DNA of 32,000 nt. Source: Synechocystis sp. PCC 6803 substr. PCC-P (GTDB taxonomy: Bacteria > Cyanobacteriota > Cyanobacteriia > Cyanobacteriales > Microcystaceae). A program made the translations under genes and the position numbers. The stretch spans positions 2,250,001 to 2,282,000 of the forward strand of contig NC_017039.1 in NCBI RefSeq assembly GCF_000284455.1, in the 5' to 3' direction. The notes beneath the pieces were generated by a model that did no database searches, was not told where the DNA came from, and saw only the letters and a program-made list of their open reading frames with translations. Position 1 is the first letter of the stretch. Each line of letters starts with the position of its first letter. Positions 1 through 10,493 of the stretch are shown here, piece after piece.

Positions 1-784
1 TCATAGTCACCCCTTTGCCTTTGATTTGTTTATAAAGTTGATCCAGTCCATCGGTGGTGATGGTGTAGCCCACTCGGAATGTAGGAGCGGCCATGGCGGC
101 CACCATATTTTGCACCAAAGCTTTTTGGAAAGTGGTCAGGGGTACTGTCTGGCCGACGGGAACACTGGGGGTAGAGGTTACCCTTGGAGTAGGGGCAGGG
201 GATGTTTTAGGAGCTGGGGCACTGGGGGCAGCGATGGAAGCAGTGACGGGTTTACCAGCGGCACTTTCAATATCTGCGGCCACAATTCTGCCGTGGGGGC
301 CAGTGCCAGCAATGGTAGCTAAATCAACTTTTAACTCTTTGGCTAGTTTTTTCGCCCGGGGGGAAGCAATAATTCGCCCACTGCCTTTGCCATTGCCGTT
401 ACTGCTAGGGGCCGGAGTTGTCTCTATGGCAGTTGCACTGGCGATCGCCACTGGTTCAGGTTGTTGGGGGGCTGGGGTTGCAGTCGGAGCCGCACTAGAA
501 CCACCACCAGAGCCAGCTTTAGCTTGGGCTTCGGCAATTTCCGCTTCCGTTTCCACCACTAGGCCAAGGGTTGCCCCCACGGGAGCTTCTTCCCCTGCTG
601 GAACTAGAATGGCGGCTAGGTAACCTTCGTTAAAGGACTCCACGTCCATATCTGCTTTGTCCGATTCCACCACCAAGACAGTTTCACCTTTTTCCACTTT
701 GTCGCCGGGGGACTTAGTCCAAGAAACAATTTTCCCCTCGGTCATGGTGGAACTCAGGGCGGGCATGAAAATGTCGTAAATCAT
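1..784 (-). CDS. odhB/pdhC: Dihydrolipoamide acyltransferase (E2) of the pyruvate dehydrogenase complex, 5' portion; gene runs off the left edge
   Basis: Reverse-strand translation from the ATG at 784 gives MIYDIFMPALSSTMTEGKIVSWTKSPGDKVEKGETVLVVESDKADMDVESFNEGYLAAILVPAGEEAPVG, a classic lipoyl domain with the SDKADM lipoylation motif. An Ala/Pro-rich linker follows. Confidence 0.93.
   Translation of the reverse strand, partial: MIYDIFMPALSSTMTEGKIVSWTKSPGDKVEKGETVLVVESDKADMDVESFNEGYLAAILVPAGEEAPVGATLGLVVETEAEIAEAQAKAGSGGGSSAAPTATPAPQQPEPVAIASATAIETTPAPSSNGNGKGSGRIIASPRAKKLAKELKVDLATIAGTGPHGRIVAADIESAAGKPVTASIAAPSAPAPKTSPAPTPRVTSTPSVPVGQTVPLTTFQKALVQNMVAAMAAPTFRVGYTITTDGLDQLYKQIKGKGVTM
441..448. 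repeat. HIP1 octamer GCGATCGC, representative of many copies in the window
   Basis: Exact GCGATCGC here and, for example, at 913-920 and 2166-2173; many further copies inside most genes. Confidence 0.95.
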
Positions 785-994
785 GGTGGTTTTATCTCTT
801 AAATCTCTTGTAGATCCCTTGGAATACAGCGGATTAGGACTGCGGAAGACCGTTCAAATTCTATCAGATTTCTGCCGGGGGGTTAGTTAAGGAGCACTTT
901 TCGACCATCTAGGCGATCGCCCAAAGGAAAATGTCAAAATGGGTTAGGATTATCCAGATCCATTGTTGATCAGTCAAGAAAATAGCAAACTGCC

Positions 995-1633
995 ATGACC
1001 TCCTATTCCTCTGCAACGGCCCGCGCTGAAATGAGTGAACTGCGGCGCTTGAAAAGTTTACTGCCGCCGGAACTCCAAAGTTGGGTAATGGTGGAAGGCA
1101 GTACCGAAGTTAATCCCCCTCTGATCCGTTCGGAAGAATTGGGGCGGGATGAGATTGAAATTCAGGTGGATTTGGCCAAATGGGAAAACCTGGCCATTGA
1201 CCAGCGGAATTTACTCTTTTGGCACGAAGTGGCCCGCATTCAGAGTGATACCATTCCCCGGGAAGGTTGGGAAATGGCTGCCTTGGCGATCGGTTTGGGG
1301 GGTGCAGTGGGGGAACTGTGGGTGCAAGATGGATTGCTCTTACTTTTAGCCCTGGGATTATGTGGCATTTCTGGCTACCGGCTCTGGCAAAAAAATAACG
1401 GTGAAAAACGGATCAAAGAGGCGATCGAGGCGGATGAAAAGGCCATTACCCTGGCTACCCGTTTCGGCTATACCTTGCCTAATGCCTACAAAAGTCTTGG
1501 CAGTGCTTTCAAAACATTAATCGAACAAACCCCCAACCGTCGTCAACGCAAACAGTATGAAACCCGTCTCCAAGCCCTGCGCCAAAGTGCAGCCAAAATG
1601 AAAGCTAAAACCCAAAAGGCCAAGGCTCTCTAA
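995..1633 (+). CDS. Conserved cyanobacterial membrane protein, DUF3318-like
   Basis: 212 aa ORF with an ATG start and a central hydrophobic segment (LLLLLALGLCGISGYRLW); recalled similarity to cyanobacterial DUF3318 proteins. Confidence 0.8.
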   Translation: MTSYSSATARAEMSELRRLKSLLPPELQSWVMVEGSTEVNPPLIRSEELGRDEIEIQVDLAKWENLAIDQRNLLFWHEVARIQSDTIPREGWEMAALAIGLGGAVGELWVQDGLLLLLALGLCGISGYRLWQKNNGEKRIKEAIEADEKAITLATRFGYTLPNAYKSLGSAFKTLIEQTPNRRQRKQYETRLQALRQSAAKMKAKTQKAKAL

Positions 1634-1937
1634 ACATAGTTGATTGTCTAGTTAGTCAAAGTCCCTTGTCTCGGCATGGGCTGAGTTTGCCGCCACTGTG
1701 CATTTTTCCACAACCATCGTCACTACGGCGAATTGCAGGCTGGTAGAACTGGTTTGGTAAATGACCTGTGACTATCCATCAATTGAAGGCATTGGCAAGA
1801 TGGAAACCTTCCAGAAGGAACGGGAATGCTGGTTCGATCGCTAATTCTGGACAGGATAACAAAACCAGTTGGTAATGTGGAAAAAGCTGTCTCCATGTCA
1901 TTTGGACTGATGCCCTGTTTACTTTATTAACCCCACC

Positions 1938-4280
1938 ATGGTTCAACTTTCCCCGACCCCTGCATCAACCCTGACTTACAAAGACGCAAATGGGCAAAAT
2001 CGTACTGCTAGCTTGACCCTCGACGTGGGGGGCATGAAATGTGCCGGTTGTGTGGCGGCGGTGGAAAGACAATTGGATCAACTAACGGGAGTGACGGACA
2101 GTTGCGTCAATTTGGTCACAGCGGTGGCGGTGGTGCGTTATGAACCGGAAAAGATTCAACCCCAGGCGATCGCCGAACATTTGAGTCAGCGGGGATTTCC
2201 CAGTCAGATTCGTCATGGCCATGGCGCTATCCCTGCGACGATAGGGGAAAAAGAGACAAGGGAAAACGTTAACTGGGGTTTGACCATTGCCCTGGTGTTA
2301 CTGCTCCTATCGGGGTTGGGGCATCTAAGCCATTTTGGTGGCCCCATGATTCCCTTTTTCCATCACCCCATATTTCATTGGAGCTTGGCAACCCTGGCGA
2401 TCGCCATACCGGGGCGGGAAATTTTTCTTGATGGTTGGCGAGGTTTGAGATTTGGCCATGCCAACATGAACACTCTGGTGGCTTTGGGGACTGGCAGTGC
2501 GTACCTCACCAGTTGCATTGCCTGGGCTTGGCCTGGACTTGGCTGGGAATGCTTTTTTGATGAGCCGGTGATGTTGTTGGGGATGTTACTACTGGGCAGA
2601 ACCCTGGAGAGTAAAGCAAGGCAAAAAGCCAAATCTGCGTTGACAGAATTATTGGCTTTGCAACCATCCCTAGCTCGGTTAGTGGGGCGGGGAGAGGACC
2701 AAGGAGAAACTGGCATTGAAATTCCTGTGGAACAGGTGCGGGTGGGGGAATGGGTACAGGTGCTCCCCGGGGAAAAAATCCCGGTGGATGGCATTCTGGT
2801 GGCGGGAAAAACCCTGGTGGACGAGTCCTTGTTAACCGGTGAATCCCTACCAGTGGCGAAAAATGTTGATGATGCCGTCATTGCGGGAGCTTGGAATCAG
2901 TCCGGAGCCATTATTATTGCCGCTACCCACATTGGAGCAGAAACCACTTTGGCTCGCATTATCCAACTGGTGGAAACGGCCCAAACCCAAAAAGCTCCCA
3001 TGCAACGATTGGCTGATCAAGTGGCGGGCTGGTTTGCCTATGGGGTGTTGGCGATCGCCTTGGTAACGTTAGGCTTCTGGGCCATGGTGGGGCAATCCTT
3101 ATTTCCCGAAATGGTGGCGGATACCGGACTTTCTCCCCTTTTGCTAGCTCTCAAATTGAGTGTTTCCGTCTTGGTGGTGGCTTGTCCCTGTGCTTTAGGT
3201 TTAGCCACCCCCACAGCGATTTTGGTGGGCACCAGTTTGGGAGCAGAACAGGGCATTCTGATCAAAGGGGGTAACATTCTCGAAATTCTTCAACGCACCA
3301 CGGTGATGGCCTTCGACAAAACGGGCACCCTCACCCAGGGTAATTTGCAGTTAACCGATGCGGTGCCAGTGGCTGATATTACTGGGATTGAATTATTAAC
3401 CCTAGCGGCTTCTGTGGAACAGGGAACTCGCCATCCCCTCGCCCAAGGCTTAATCTCCAGTGCCCAGGGTCTGGAACTATTGCCGGTGGAAAATATCGAA
3501 ACGGAAGCGGGGCAAGGGGTTCAGGGTTGGTACCAAGGCGATCGCCTGTTGGTGGGAAATCAACAATGGCTCATGGAACAGGGGGTAATGGGGGAACCTC
3601 AATGGCAAACAGCGGTGGATCAACTGCTTGACCAGGGGAAAACCGTTATTTTTGTCGCTCGCAATCAGCAATTACAGGGATTTTTAGCCTTGCGGGATAC
3701 TCTCCGACCGGAAGCCAAGGCCACCATTGCCCAACTGAAACAATGGGGTATTGCTCCCTTGCTGTTAACCGGCGACCATCCCGCCATTGCCCAGGCGATC
3801 GCCATGGAAGTAGGTATCGAGGAATTTCAAGCCCAGATGACCCCCCAGGCCAAGGTGGCCAAAATCAAGGCAATGCAAGGGTTTAACCCTGTATCAGTGA
3901 TAGCGATGGTAGGGGACGGCATTAATGATGCTCCAGCCCTGGCCCAGGCCGATGTAGGCATTTCCCTCTCCGGGGCGACAGCGGTGGCCATGGAAACAGC
4001 CGATGTGGTGTTAATGCGCTCCCATCTTTCCGATGTGCTCAAAGCTTTGACCCTAAGTCGTAGCACAGTGGCTAAAATCAAGCAAAATCTCCTCTGGGCT
4101 TTGGGCTACAATCTCCTTGCCATTCCCCTGGCCGCTGGGGCATTCTTGCCTAGTTTTGCCATTGTGCTGACTCCGGCGATCGCCGCGGCTATGATGGCCA
4201 GTAGTTCCATTGTGGTGGTGTTGAATGCCCTAGCTTTGCGGTATCAATTTTCCCGTTCCCTTGGTCAAGATCCCGGTTAA
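1938..4280 (+). CDS. ctaA: Copper-transporting P1B-type ATPase (CtaA-like)
   Basis: 780 aa. N-terminal metal-binding motif GMKCAGC, TGES, CPC in the transmembrane segment (VVACPCALGLATP), phosphorylation motif DKTGTLT, and hinge motif GDGINDAPALAQADVG. Confidence 0.94.
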   Translation: MVQLSPTPASTLTYKDANGQNRTASLTLDVGGMKCAGCVAAVERQLDQLTGVTDSCVNLVTAVAVVRYEPEKIQPQAIAEHLSQRGFPSQIRHGHGAIPATIGEKETRENVNWGLTIALVLLLLSGLGHLSHFGGPMIPFFHHPIFHWSLATLAIAIPGREIFLDGWRGLRFGHANMNTLVALGTGSAYLTSCIAWAWPGLGWECFFDEPVMLLGMLLLGRTLESKARQKAKSALTELLALQPSLARLVGRGEDQGETGIEIPVEQVRVGEWVQVLPGEKIPVDGILVAGKTLVDESLLTGESLPVAKNVDDAVIAGAWNQSGAIIIAATHIGAETTLARIIQLVETAQTQKAPMQRLADQVAGWFAYGVLAIALVTLGFWAMVGQSLFPEMVADTGLSPLLLALKLSVSVLVVACPCALGLATPTAILVGTSLGAEQGILIKGGNILEILQRTTVMAFDKTGTLTQGNLQLTDAVPVADITGIELLTLAASVEQGTRHPLAQGLISSAQGLELLPVENIETEAGQGVQGWYQGDRLLVGNQQWLMEQGVMGEPQWQTAVDQLLDQGKTVIFVARNQQLQGFLALRDTLRPEAKATIAQLKQWGIAPLLLTGDHPAIAQAIAMEVGIEEFQAQMTPQAKVAKIKAMQGFNPVSVIAMVGDGINDAPALAQADVGISLSGATAVAMETADVVLMRSHLSDVLKALTLSRSTVAKIKQNLLWALGYNLLAIPLAAGAFLPSFAIVLTPAIAAAMMASSSIVVVLNALALRYQFSRSLGQDPG

Positions 4281-4524
4281 GGTTCGGCGGGCAAAGAAGT
4301 GAACTACCTAAGCTATTTAAATCTCTGGCGAAGCTGGAGGCTTTTTTAGGCGGAATTAGGTTGATTTACCGTCAATTTAGCCCCTGATTTAAGGATTGCT
4401 TGGTTAGTTTGGTTAAGATTGATGAGGGTAAATTTTTGATCGTTTGCCCATTGGATCGATTGGGAACTAAACTTCGTCCAGTCTATTTGTCCGTTACCAT
4501 CCGCTTTTTTTCTCCCCCGGCCAT

Positions 4525-4996
4525 GTCTGATCCCTCGGCAAAACCCCTGCAAGAGCACATTTTGATCATCTTAGATGACGCTGGCCGTCGAGAAGTTTTA
4601 CTCACTGAAACCTTCTACACCATCGGGCGATCGCCGAGGGCTGATATCCGCATCAAATCCCAATTTGTTTCCCGTATCCATGCGGTGCTGGTGCGTAAAT
4701 CCTCCGACGATGTACAAGCCGCTTACCGAATTATTGACGGCGATGAAGATGGACAGAGTAGTGTCAATGGACTGATGATTAATGGCAAAAAAGTGCAAGA
4801 GCATATCATCCAAACCGGAGACGAAATTGTCATGGGTCCCCAGGTGTCTGTGCGCTACGAGTACCGTCGCCGGGACCAATTTGGTACTATGCCGGGCAAC
4901 GAACAATTTGATATCACCCTCATTGACCCTGGCATGATTGACGATGAGGAGGAAATTCCTACCTCTGTTTCTTCCTCTCCCCCAGAAATGGAATAA
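4525..4996 (+). CDS. FHA domain-containing protein
   Basis: The likely start is the internal ATG (MSDPSAKPLQEHILIILDDAGRREV...). FHA core seen: YTIGRSPRADIRIKSQFVSRIHAVL...DGDEDGQSSVNGLMINGKKV. The track's longer start at 4400 adds non-FHA sequence. Confidence 0.85.
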
Positions 4997-5028
4997 TTAT
5001 TGGTGTGTTTGTTAGACGGTAATGACCA

Positions 5029-5790
5029 ATGGGCGGCCGTAAATGGCAGAGTATTAAACGACAAAAAGCACGGGTGGATGCCCAGAAAGGTAAAACCACC
5101 ACCCAACTTTCCCGGGCCATTATTGTGGCCGCTCGCCAGGGCATTCCCGATCCGGCGGGCAACTTCCAACTGCGGACAGCCATCGAAAAAGCCAGGGCCG
5201 CAGGGGTTCCCAATGACAGCATCGACCGGGCGATCGCCAAGGGGGCAGGCACCTATGAGGATGGGGAAAGTAATTACGAGGAAATGCGCTACGAAGGCTA
5301 TGGCCCAGGGGGAGTAGCAGTGTTAATTGAAGCCCTCACCGATAACCGCAACCGCACGGCGGCAGATCTACGGGCGGCATTTAGCAAAAAAGGTGGAAAT
5401 TTGGGGGAAACCGGTTGTGTCAGTTGGATGTTTAGCCAAAAAGGGGTAATTCGCTTAGTAGGGGAACTGGAGGAAGAAAAGTTACTGGAAGCCTTGCTGG
5501 AAGGGGAAGGGGAAAGCTACGAATGGCTGGACGAGGAAGATGGGGGTGGGGTGGAAGTTTTCAGTGCAGTGAATCAACTGGAAAACCTCAACCAAGTGTT
5601 ACAGAACCACGGCTTCACCATTGCAGAGACGGAACTGCGTTGGTTACCGGAAAATACCATTGAAATTGCCGAGCCAGACCAAGCCAAGGCCCTTATGCAA
5701 ATGATCGACACATTGGAATCCTTGGACGATGTGCAATCGGTCACCAGCAACTTTGAGTTAACGGAAGAGTTGTTAGCCCTGGCGGGGTAG
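5029..5790 (+). CDS. YebC/PmpR-family transcriptional or translational regulator
   Basis: 253 aa. MGGRKWQSIKRQKARVDAQKGKTTTQLSRAIIVAARQG...AIAKGAG...YEGYGPGGVAVLIEALTDNRNRTAADLRAAFSKKGGNLGETGCVSWMF is the YebC signature. Confidence 0.93.
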   Translation: MGGRKWQSIKRQKARVDAQKGKTTTQLSRAIIVAARQGIPDPAGNFQLRTAIEKARAAGVPNDSIDRAIAKGAGTYEDGESNYEEMRYEGYGPGGVAVLIEALTDNRNRTAADLRAAFSKKGGNLGETGCVSWMFSQKGVIRLVGELEEEKLLEALLEGEGESYEWLDEEDGGGVEVFSAVNQLENLNQVLQNHGFTIAETELRWLPENTIEIAEPDQAKALMQMIDTLESLDDVQSVTSNFELTEELLALAG

Positions 5791-5899
5791 GCGGTGAGAT
5801 ACTGGGGAAGCGGAATGTTGATCCATTTTTCAGCATCCTCCCCTATCCACTGTTTCCTGGTGGTCTTTCCCCCAACTAATTTTTAAAGAGGCGAGTGCA

Positions 5900-7069
5900 G
5901 TGCAATTGACTAAAGGGTTAGAAGTCGAAATCTATACCGGCAAGAAAACCGGTGAGATTGTGGGGCTTTCCGATCGCATTGTGCGGGATTTGAGTGGCTT
6001 TGTGCGGGAGCCGGACAGCCGCAATGTGGAATACACTACACCTCCGCTAAATAGTTACGATCGCCTGTTGTGTGGAATTCTTCAGCCCCGTCGTCAATTA
6101 CGCCATTACCTCAGTCAACTAGGGGAAGACTACACATTAATACCGGGCAGTTGCTTGGCCCTGGGGGGGACGGATACCTTTTACCGTTCTGACCCCCAAA
6201 ATCCTTACCATACCTACATCGAACAAACCTACAGTACCCAGGTGGTCACCGCCAGCATTCACATCAATATAGGTATTCCTGATGTGGAGGAGTTGATCCG
6301 GGCCTGTCGTTTAGTGAGGATGGAAGCCCCGTTATATCTTGCCCTCAGTGCATCTTCCCCTTTTCTGAATGGCCAGGTAACAGGCTACCATTCCAGCCGT
6401 TGGCAGATGTTCCCCAAAACCCCCCAGGAGGTGCCCCTGTTTACAAGCCATGGCCATTTTGTGCAATGGACAGAGGAGCAATTGACCTTGGGCACTATGC
6501 AAAATGTCCGCCATCTTTGGTCAGCGGTGCGTCCCAACGGCGATAATCGACCCCATAACCTGAACCGTTTGGAATTACGGATCTGCGATTTGGTCACTAA
6601 CCCCCTCTCCCTCCTGGCGATCGTGGCCCTACTGGAAGCCCGGTTACAACAAATGCTGGCCGATCCCACCCTGGACCCCCTCCAACAAAGTCAACTTACC
6701 CCCTCGGAATTGCTAGCCCTAGCGGATCAAAATGAAATCTCCGCCGCCGTTAGTAGCCTGGACAGCACCCTGCACCATTGGCGGGATGGTCGGGCGATCG
6801 CCGCCAGAGAATGGATTGAGGAGTTATACCAGTCAGTACAGCTGGAAGCTAAATACCAGGGCTTTGCTTGCTTTTTGCCACCATTGCGAAAAATTTTGCG
6901 GGAAGGCAACCAGGCCCAACAATGGCTTACCCAATATGAACAGGGGAAAACGCCCCAAACCATTGTCCAGGAAGCGATTCTGCAAACGGAGATGGAGGAA
7001 GCCATCCTGGCCCAGGACCTCTGCTTACCCCTGAGCAAAGCCCGGGATGAAATACTAAGTTTGGTGTGA
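5900..7069 (+). CDS. gshA: Cyanobacterial-type glutamate-cysteine ligase
   Basis: 389 aa. GTG start with AAAGAGG about 9 nt upstream; protein MQLTKGLEVEIYTGKKTGEIVGLSDRIVRDLSGFVREPDSRNVEYTTPP..., recognised as the cyanobacterial glutamate-cysteine ligase family. Confidence 0.85.
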   Translation: MQLTKGLEVEIYTGKKTGEIVGLSDRIVRDLSGFVREPDSRNVEYTTPPLNSYDRLLCGILQPRRQLRHYLSQLGEDYTLIPGSCLALGGTDTFYRSDPQNPYHTYIEQTYSTQVVTASIHINIGIPDVEELIRACRLVRMEAPLYLALSASSPFLNGQVTGYHSSRWQMFPKTPQEVPLFTSHGHFVQWTEEQLTLGTMQNVRHLWSAVRPNGDNRPHNLNRLELRICDLVTNPLSLLAIVALLEARLQQMLADPTLDPLQQSQLTPSELLALADQNEISAAVSSLDSTLHHWRDGRAIAAREWIEELYQSVQLEAKYQGFACFLPPLRKILREGNQAQQWLTQYEQGKTPQTIVQEAILQTEMEEAILAQDLCLPLSKARDEILSLV

Positions 7070-7227
7070 TGGCTTCGGTAGCCGATAAAAAATCATAAAC
7101 TTTTGCCGAGGGGACAGTTTAATAACTGTTGGTTATCGATAGTTTGTGATCTCCGTCACCGGCATGACAAAATATTTTTGCCCATTTTTGCGGTAAATAT
7201 CAATTAAATTGTTCAAAAATAGTCTTT

Positions 7228-7689
7228 ATGGTCAAATTAGTCCTAGTTAATCCCCAAATCCCCCCTAATACTGGTAATATCGCCCGAACTTGTGCCGCCA
7301 CTGGGACAGAATTGCATCTGGTCGGCCCCCTAGGTTTTGAATTGGGTGATCGTTATCTCAAACGGGCAGGATTAGACTATTGGCCCTATGTTGACCTCCA
7401 TTACCACAACAGTTGTGAAGAATTTATTACCCATTGGCGTGGTCAAGGGGGTAACCTGCTCGGTTTTAGTGTCACTGGCACGGTTAATTTCTGGGACTAC
7501 ACCTACCAATCCACGGATTGGCTGATGATGGGCAGTGAAACAGATGGTTTACCCCAGATGATGCGGGATTTATCTACCCAGTTACTTTGCATTCCCATGC
7601 CCCACTCCGAGGTAAGGAGCTTGAATTTGGCCTCCAGCGCCGCCATTGCTCTGTTTGAGGCCGGACGACAGTTACGCAGTCTTGGCTAG
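7228..7689 (+). CDS. trmL: tRNA (cytidine/uridine-2'-O-)-methyltransferase, TrmL/SpoU family
   Basis: 153 aa. MVKLVLVNPQIPPNTGNIARTCAATGTELHLVGPLGF ... GSETDGLP ... IPMPHSEVRSLNLASSAAIALFE; SpoU/TrmL motifs. Confidence 0.93.
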   Translation: MVKLVLVNPQIPPNTGNIARTCAATGTELHLVGPLGFELGDRYLKRAGLDYWPYVDLHYHNSCEEFITHWRGQGGNLLGFSVTGTVNFWDYTYQSTDWLMMGSETDGLPQMMRDLSTQLLCIPMPHSEVRSLNLASSAAIALFEAGRQLRSLG

Positions 7690-8197
7690 GAAACCCCGTC
7701 ACTACCATCGAGTTGGGCAAGAAGGACAAAATCGAACTAGTGAACTGATAAGAAATTGTGATGGCCGGAGCGAATTAGCCAAGGGGTCGATTCAATTAAA
7801 ATTTCTGATTAAAAATAAACTTAGGACTGATGATTCTCGGCGATCGCCAGGGGATTTTTTTTCAGAAAAGAGGACAAAGCAGCCAGGGAAAAAGCTTGGC
7901 AGGGCAAGGAAATTTGCCAGAAACAAAAACCGGAGGGCTACGTCTAGGGGGTCAGTTAACCACTGATCTAGATTCGTTACTATTTTTCACAACTCTGTAA
8001 AAGCGGGAATTTCCACCAGCTTGTCGAATCATTGAAAGCAGGTTAATCTTTCTTAGCAGTCTTCATTCTTCATTAGGTATATTGGCTCAGTCAGATTCAG
8101 TCGTGGAATTTAATCTCCCATTAAACCTGAAATGACTGGGGCGGTCTAACAATCTAGTTCTAGGTTTTAGGCTCATTCACACACAAGGAGGTTCTTC

Positions 8198-10402
8198 TTG
8201 AAAGACGTACTCAATCAACCGGCGACATTTTTTCCCTCGTGTCCATCTCCGCCTATGGAGATTAATTCCTATGATGGAAGCACTAAACAGGAGGGTACTG
8301 TGCCCCTGGGCGAAGGATACCGTCGGGTTCGCCGCTCTGCTGCAATGGTGGGTTTAGCCGTTTCCATGGGAGCAACGAGTATGTTGTTTTCCCAAACCGC
8401 CACCGCCGCCGCCAGTTCTGGCAACTCCCCCTTGGTTGCGGTGAGTAATTTATCCCTAGACCAATCCCATGGCTCCTCCACTGAGCCGATGCTGGCTTCC
8501 CCTTCCCTGAAGCACCAAGTCAAAGAAGGAGAGTCCCTTTGGCAAATTAGCCAAGCTTTTCAAGTGGACGCCAAGGCCATTGCCCTGGCCAACAGCATCA
8601 GCACTGATACGGAACTACAAGCGGGACAAGTACTGAATATTCCCAGACCTAGTTCTTCTGCAAAAGCAGTTCAAGACCAAGTCCCCGCCGCCACCATCCC
8701 GCCCCTGGCTCCCCTGGAGCAGACTGATTCCATGGTTGTCTCTTCATCCTTAGCTCCCGGTCAGTCTTCCAGCACCGCTAATACCACTGCTGTTAAGCCC
8801 AAAGCCCAAACTTTAGTTGCCGATGTGAGTCGCCCCATGCAGGGCACCGTCATTGAACCGTTGGAAGAGAAGTTAACTTCCCAAAGAATTAAAAGTACTG
8901 CTGAAGATGCGGGCATCAAGCTCGATACAAAAGCTTCCCTGCCCAGCCCCGTAGAGGTGGCTGCCGCCGCCCATGGCGATCGCCCCATTCCCATTGCCGT
9001 AGTGGGCCCGGAAGAGTTCACTGCCATTGAAGTTCAGCCCAGCTCCAGCCCAGCCAATCCCCAGTCTTTGCCCGTACCGGCTCTCCCTGCTGTGGCCCCA
9101 GCGCCCACGAGAGCCCAACGACAAGATGAGTCTTTGGCTTCCGGAGAGGATATTTCCTTAGATAATCTCCGTCAGAATGGCATGGCCCAGCCGGTCCAAC
9201 CAGTGGAAACTGCATTAAATCTTGACCAGCCCGTGGCGATCGCCGTTATCCCTCCCGAAACTGAACCGGAGATTATTACCAGATCCCCATTACCCAGTGC
9301 TCCGGTAGTCCTGGAAACCGGCCCGGCCGTTGCGGCCTTGCCCTCTCCCTCCAATGTTGCTCCCGCTAGTGCCGAACAAATATCCTACCAAGTGAAGCCA
9401 GGGGACACCCTCAGTCAGATTGCCCGCAGCCATGACATTCAGCCGGAGAAAATCCAACAAGCCAATGGTTTGAGTAATCCTGACGAGATTAAGGCAGAGC
9501 AGATTTTAGTGATTCCTCCTCCCAACACTGTGGCGGCAGTGCCGGAACCCACCCCCCCCAGCTTGCCCAGCTTTGTTTCTACCCAGCCAACGGCCTCAAC
9601 AATCGTAGCCAGGGCCCAGGCAGAACCCGAGGCCCAGTACCAGACTCAACTAAGGGCAGAGGTAACCCAACTCAATCAAACTCAACCGATCAGGACTCCT
9701 ATGGTACCTCGAAGTGCCCTGACCGTTGCCCGCCAAGTTAATAACGAACCAGTTCCTGATTGGCAAGCCCGTTCCCCCCAAGCCCTACCGGCCAAGTTCA
9801 ACCAGCCCCGGCAGGATCTAGCCCAGTTGCAACGGCAATATTCTCCCCAGGCACAAAGAAGTCAGTTTTCCACCTCCGTCGGCCAGTCCCAAATCGTCGG
9901 GGCGGCCCCCAGTCCTGTCCAGGGCTACAACGACACCATTCAAATCCCTGTCATCCAAGAAGTTAGCCCTGAGCTGCCGGGCTTGAGTACCCCCGACTTT
10001 CCCCGTAGCCCGGGTCAGTTTAACGGTTACATCTGGCCTGCTAAGGGGGTCTTCACTTCTGGTTTTGGTCCCCGTTGGGGTCGCATGCACCGAGGCATTG
10101 ACATTGCTGCTCCCATTGGTACTCCCATTATGGCAGCGGCTTCCGGGGAGGTGGTGTTTTCTGGTTGGAACTCCGGCGGTTTTGGTAATTTGGTCAAAAT
10201 TCGCCATGGTGATGGCAGTGTTACCTACTATGCCCATAACAATCGCTTGTTGGTGCGCCGGGGAGAATACGTTGAACAAGGTCAACAAATTGCTGAAATG
10301 GGAAGTACTGGCCGCAGTACTGGGCCTCACCTCCACTTTGAAATTCGGGTAGGCGGGACTAATGCCGTTAATCCAGTGGCCCTGTTGCCCCGTAGTCGCT
10401 AA
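8198..10402 (+). CDS. nlpD: NlpD-like envelope protein with two LysM domains and a C-terminal M23 peptidase domain
   Basis: 734 aa. TTG start preceded by AAGGAGG (8185-8191). LysM copies: HQVKEGESLWQISQAFQVDAKAIALAN and YQVKPGDTLSQIARSHDIQPEKIQQANG. M23 motifs: HRGIDIAAPIGTPIMAAASGEVVFSGWNSGGFGNLVKIRHGDGSVTYYAH and GSTGRSTGPHLHFEIR. Confidence 0.9.
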   Translation: MKDVLNQPATFFPSCPSPPMEINSYDGSTKQEGTVPLGEGYRRVRRSAAMVGLAVSMGATSMLFSQTATAAASSGNSPLVAVSNLSLDQSHGSSTEPMLASPSLKHQVKEGESLWQISQAFQVDAKAIALANSISTDTELQAGQVLNIPRPSSSAKAVQDQVPAATIPPLAPLEQTDSMVVSSSLAPGQSSSTANTTAVKPKAQTLVADVSRPMQGTVIEPLEEKLTSQRIKSTAEDAGIKLDTKASLPSPVEVAAAAHGDRPIPIAVVGPEEFTAIEVQPSSSPANPQSLPVPALPAVAPAPTRAQRQDESLASGEDISLDNLRQNGMAQPVQPVETALNLDQPVAIAVIPPETEPEIITRSPLPSAPVVLETGPAVAALPSPSNVAPASAEQISYQVKPGDTLSQIARSHDIQPEKIQQANGLSNPDEIKAEQILVIPPPNTVAAVPEPTPPSLPSFVSTQPTASTIVARAQAEPEAQYQTQLRAEVTQLNQTQPIRTPMVPRSALTVARQVNNEPVPDWQARSPQALPAKFNQPRQDLAQLQRQYSPQAQRSQFSTSVGQSQIVGAAPSPVQGYNDTIQIPVIQEVSPELPGLSTPDFPRSPGQFNGYIWPAKGVFTSGFGPRWGRMHRGIDIAAPIGTPIMAAASGEVVFSGWNSGGFGNLVKIRHGDGSVTYYAHNNRLLVRRGEYVEQGQQIAEMGSTGRSTGPHLHFEIRVGGTNAVNPVALLPRSR

Positions 10403-10493
10403 ATTCTATTGCGTCGCCATACTACTGCATCGTAATCGTACCTCTTAAGTGTGTTTATTCCCCTGGGTTAGCTTTGCTGTTACTTACAGCATG

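Noticed and set aside
93-623. Plus-strand ORFs of 98 and 176 aa at 26-623
   Set aside because: They lie antisense to the E2 acyltransferase, whose lipoyl domain is unmistakable. Their Gly/Ala/Pro-rich composition mirrors its linkers.
4320-4360. Terminator downstream of ctaA (gaagctggaggctttttt)
   Set aside because: The stem is only about 4 bp, so it is too weak to call even though a T run follows.
7646-7966. 106 aa plus-strand ORF after trmL
   Set aside because: It overlaps the trmL end and has an Arg/Lys-rich, non-globular composition with no recognised motif; probably chance.
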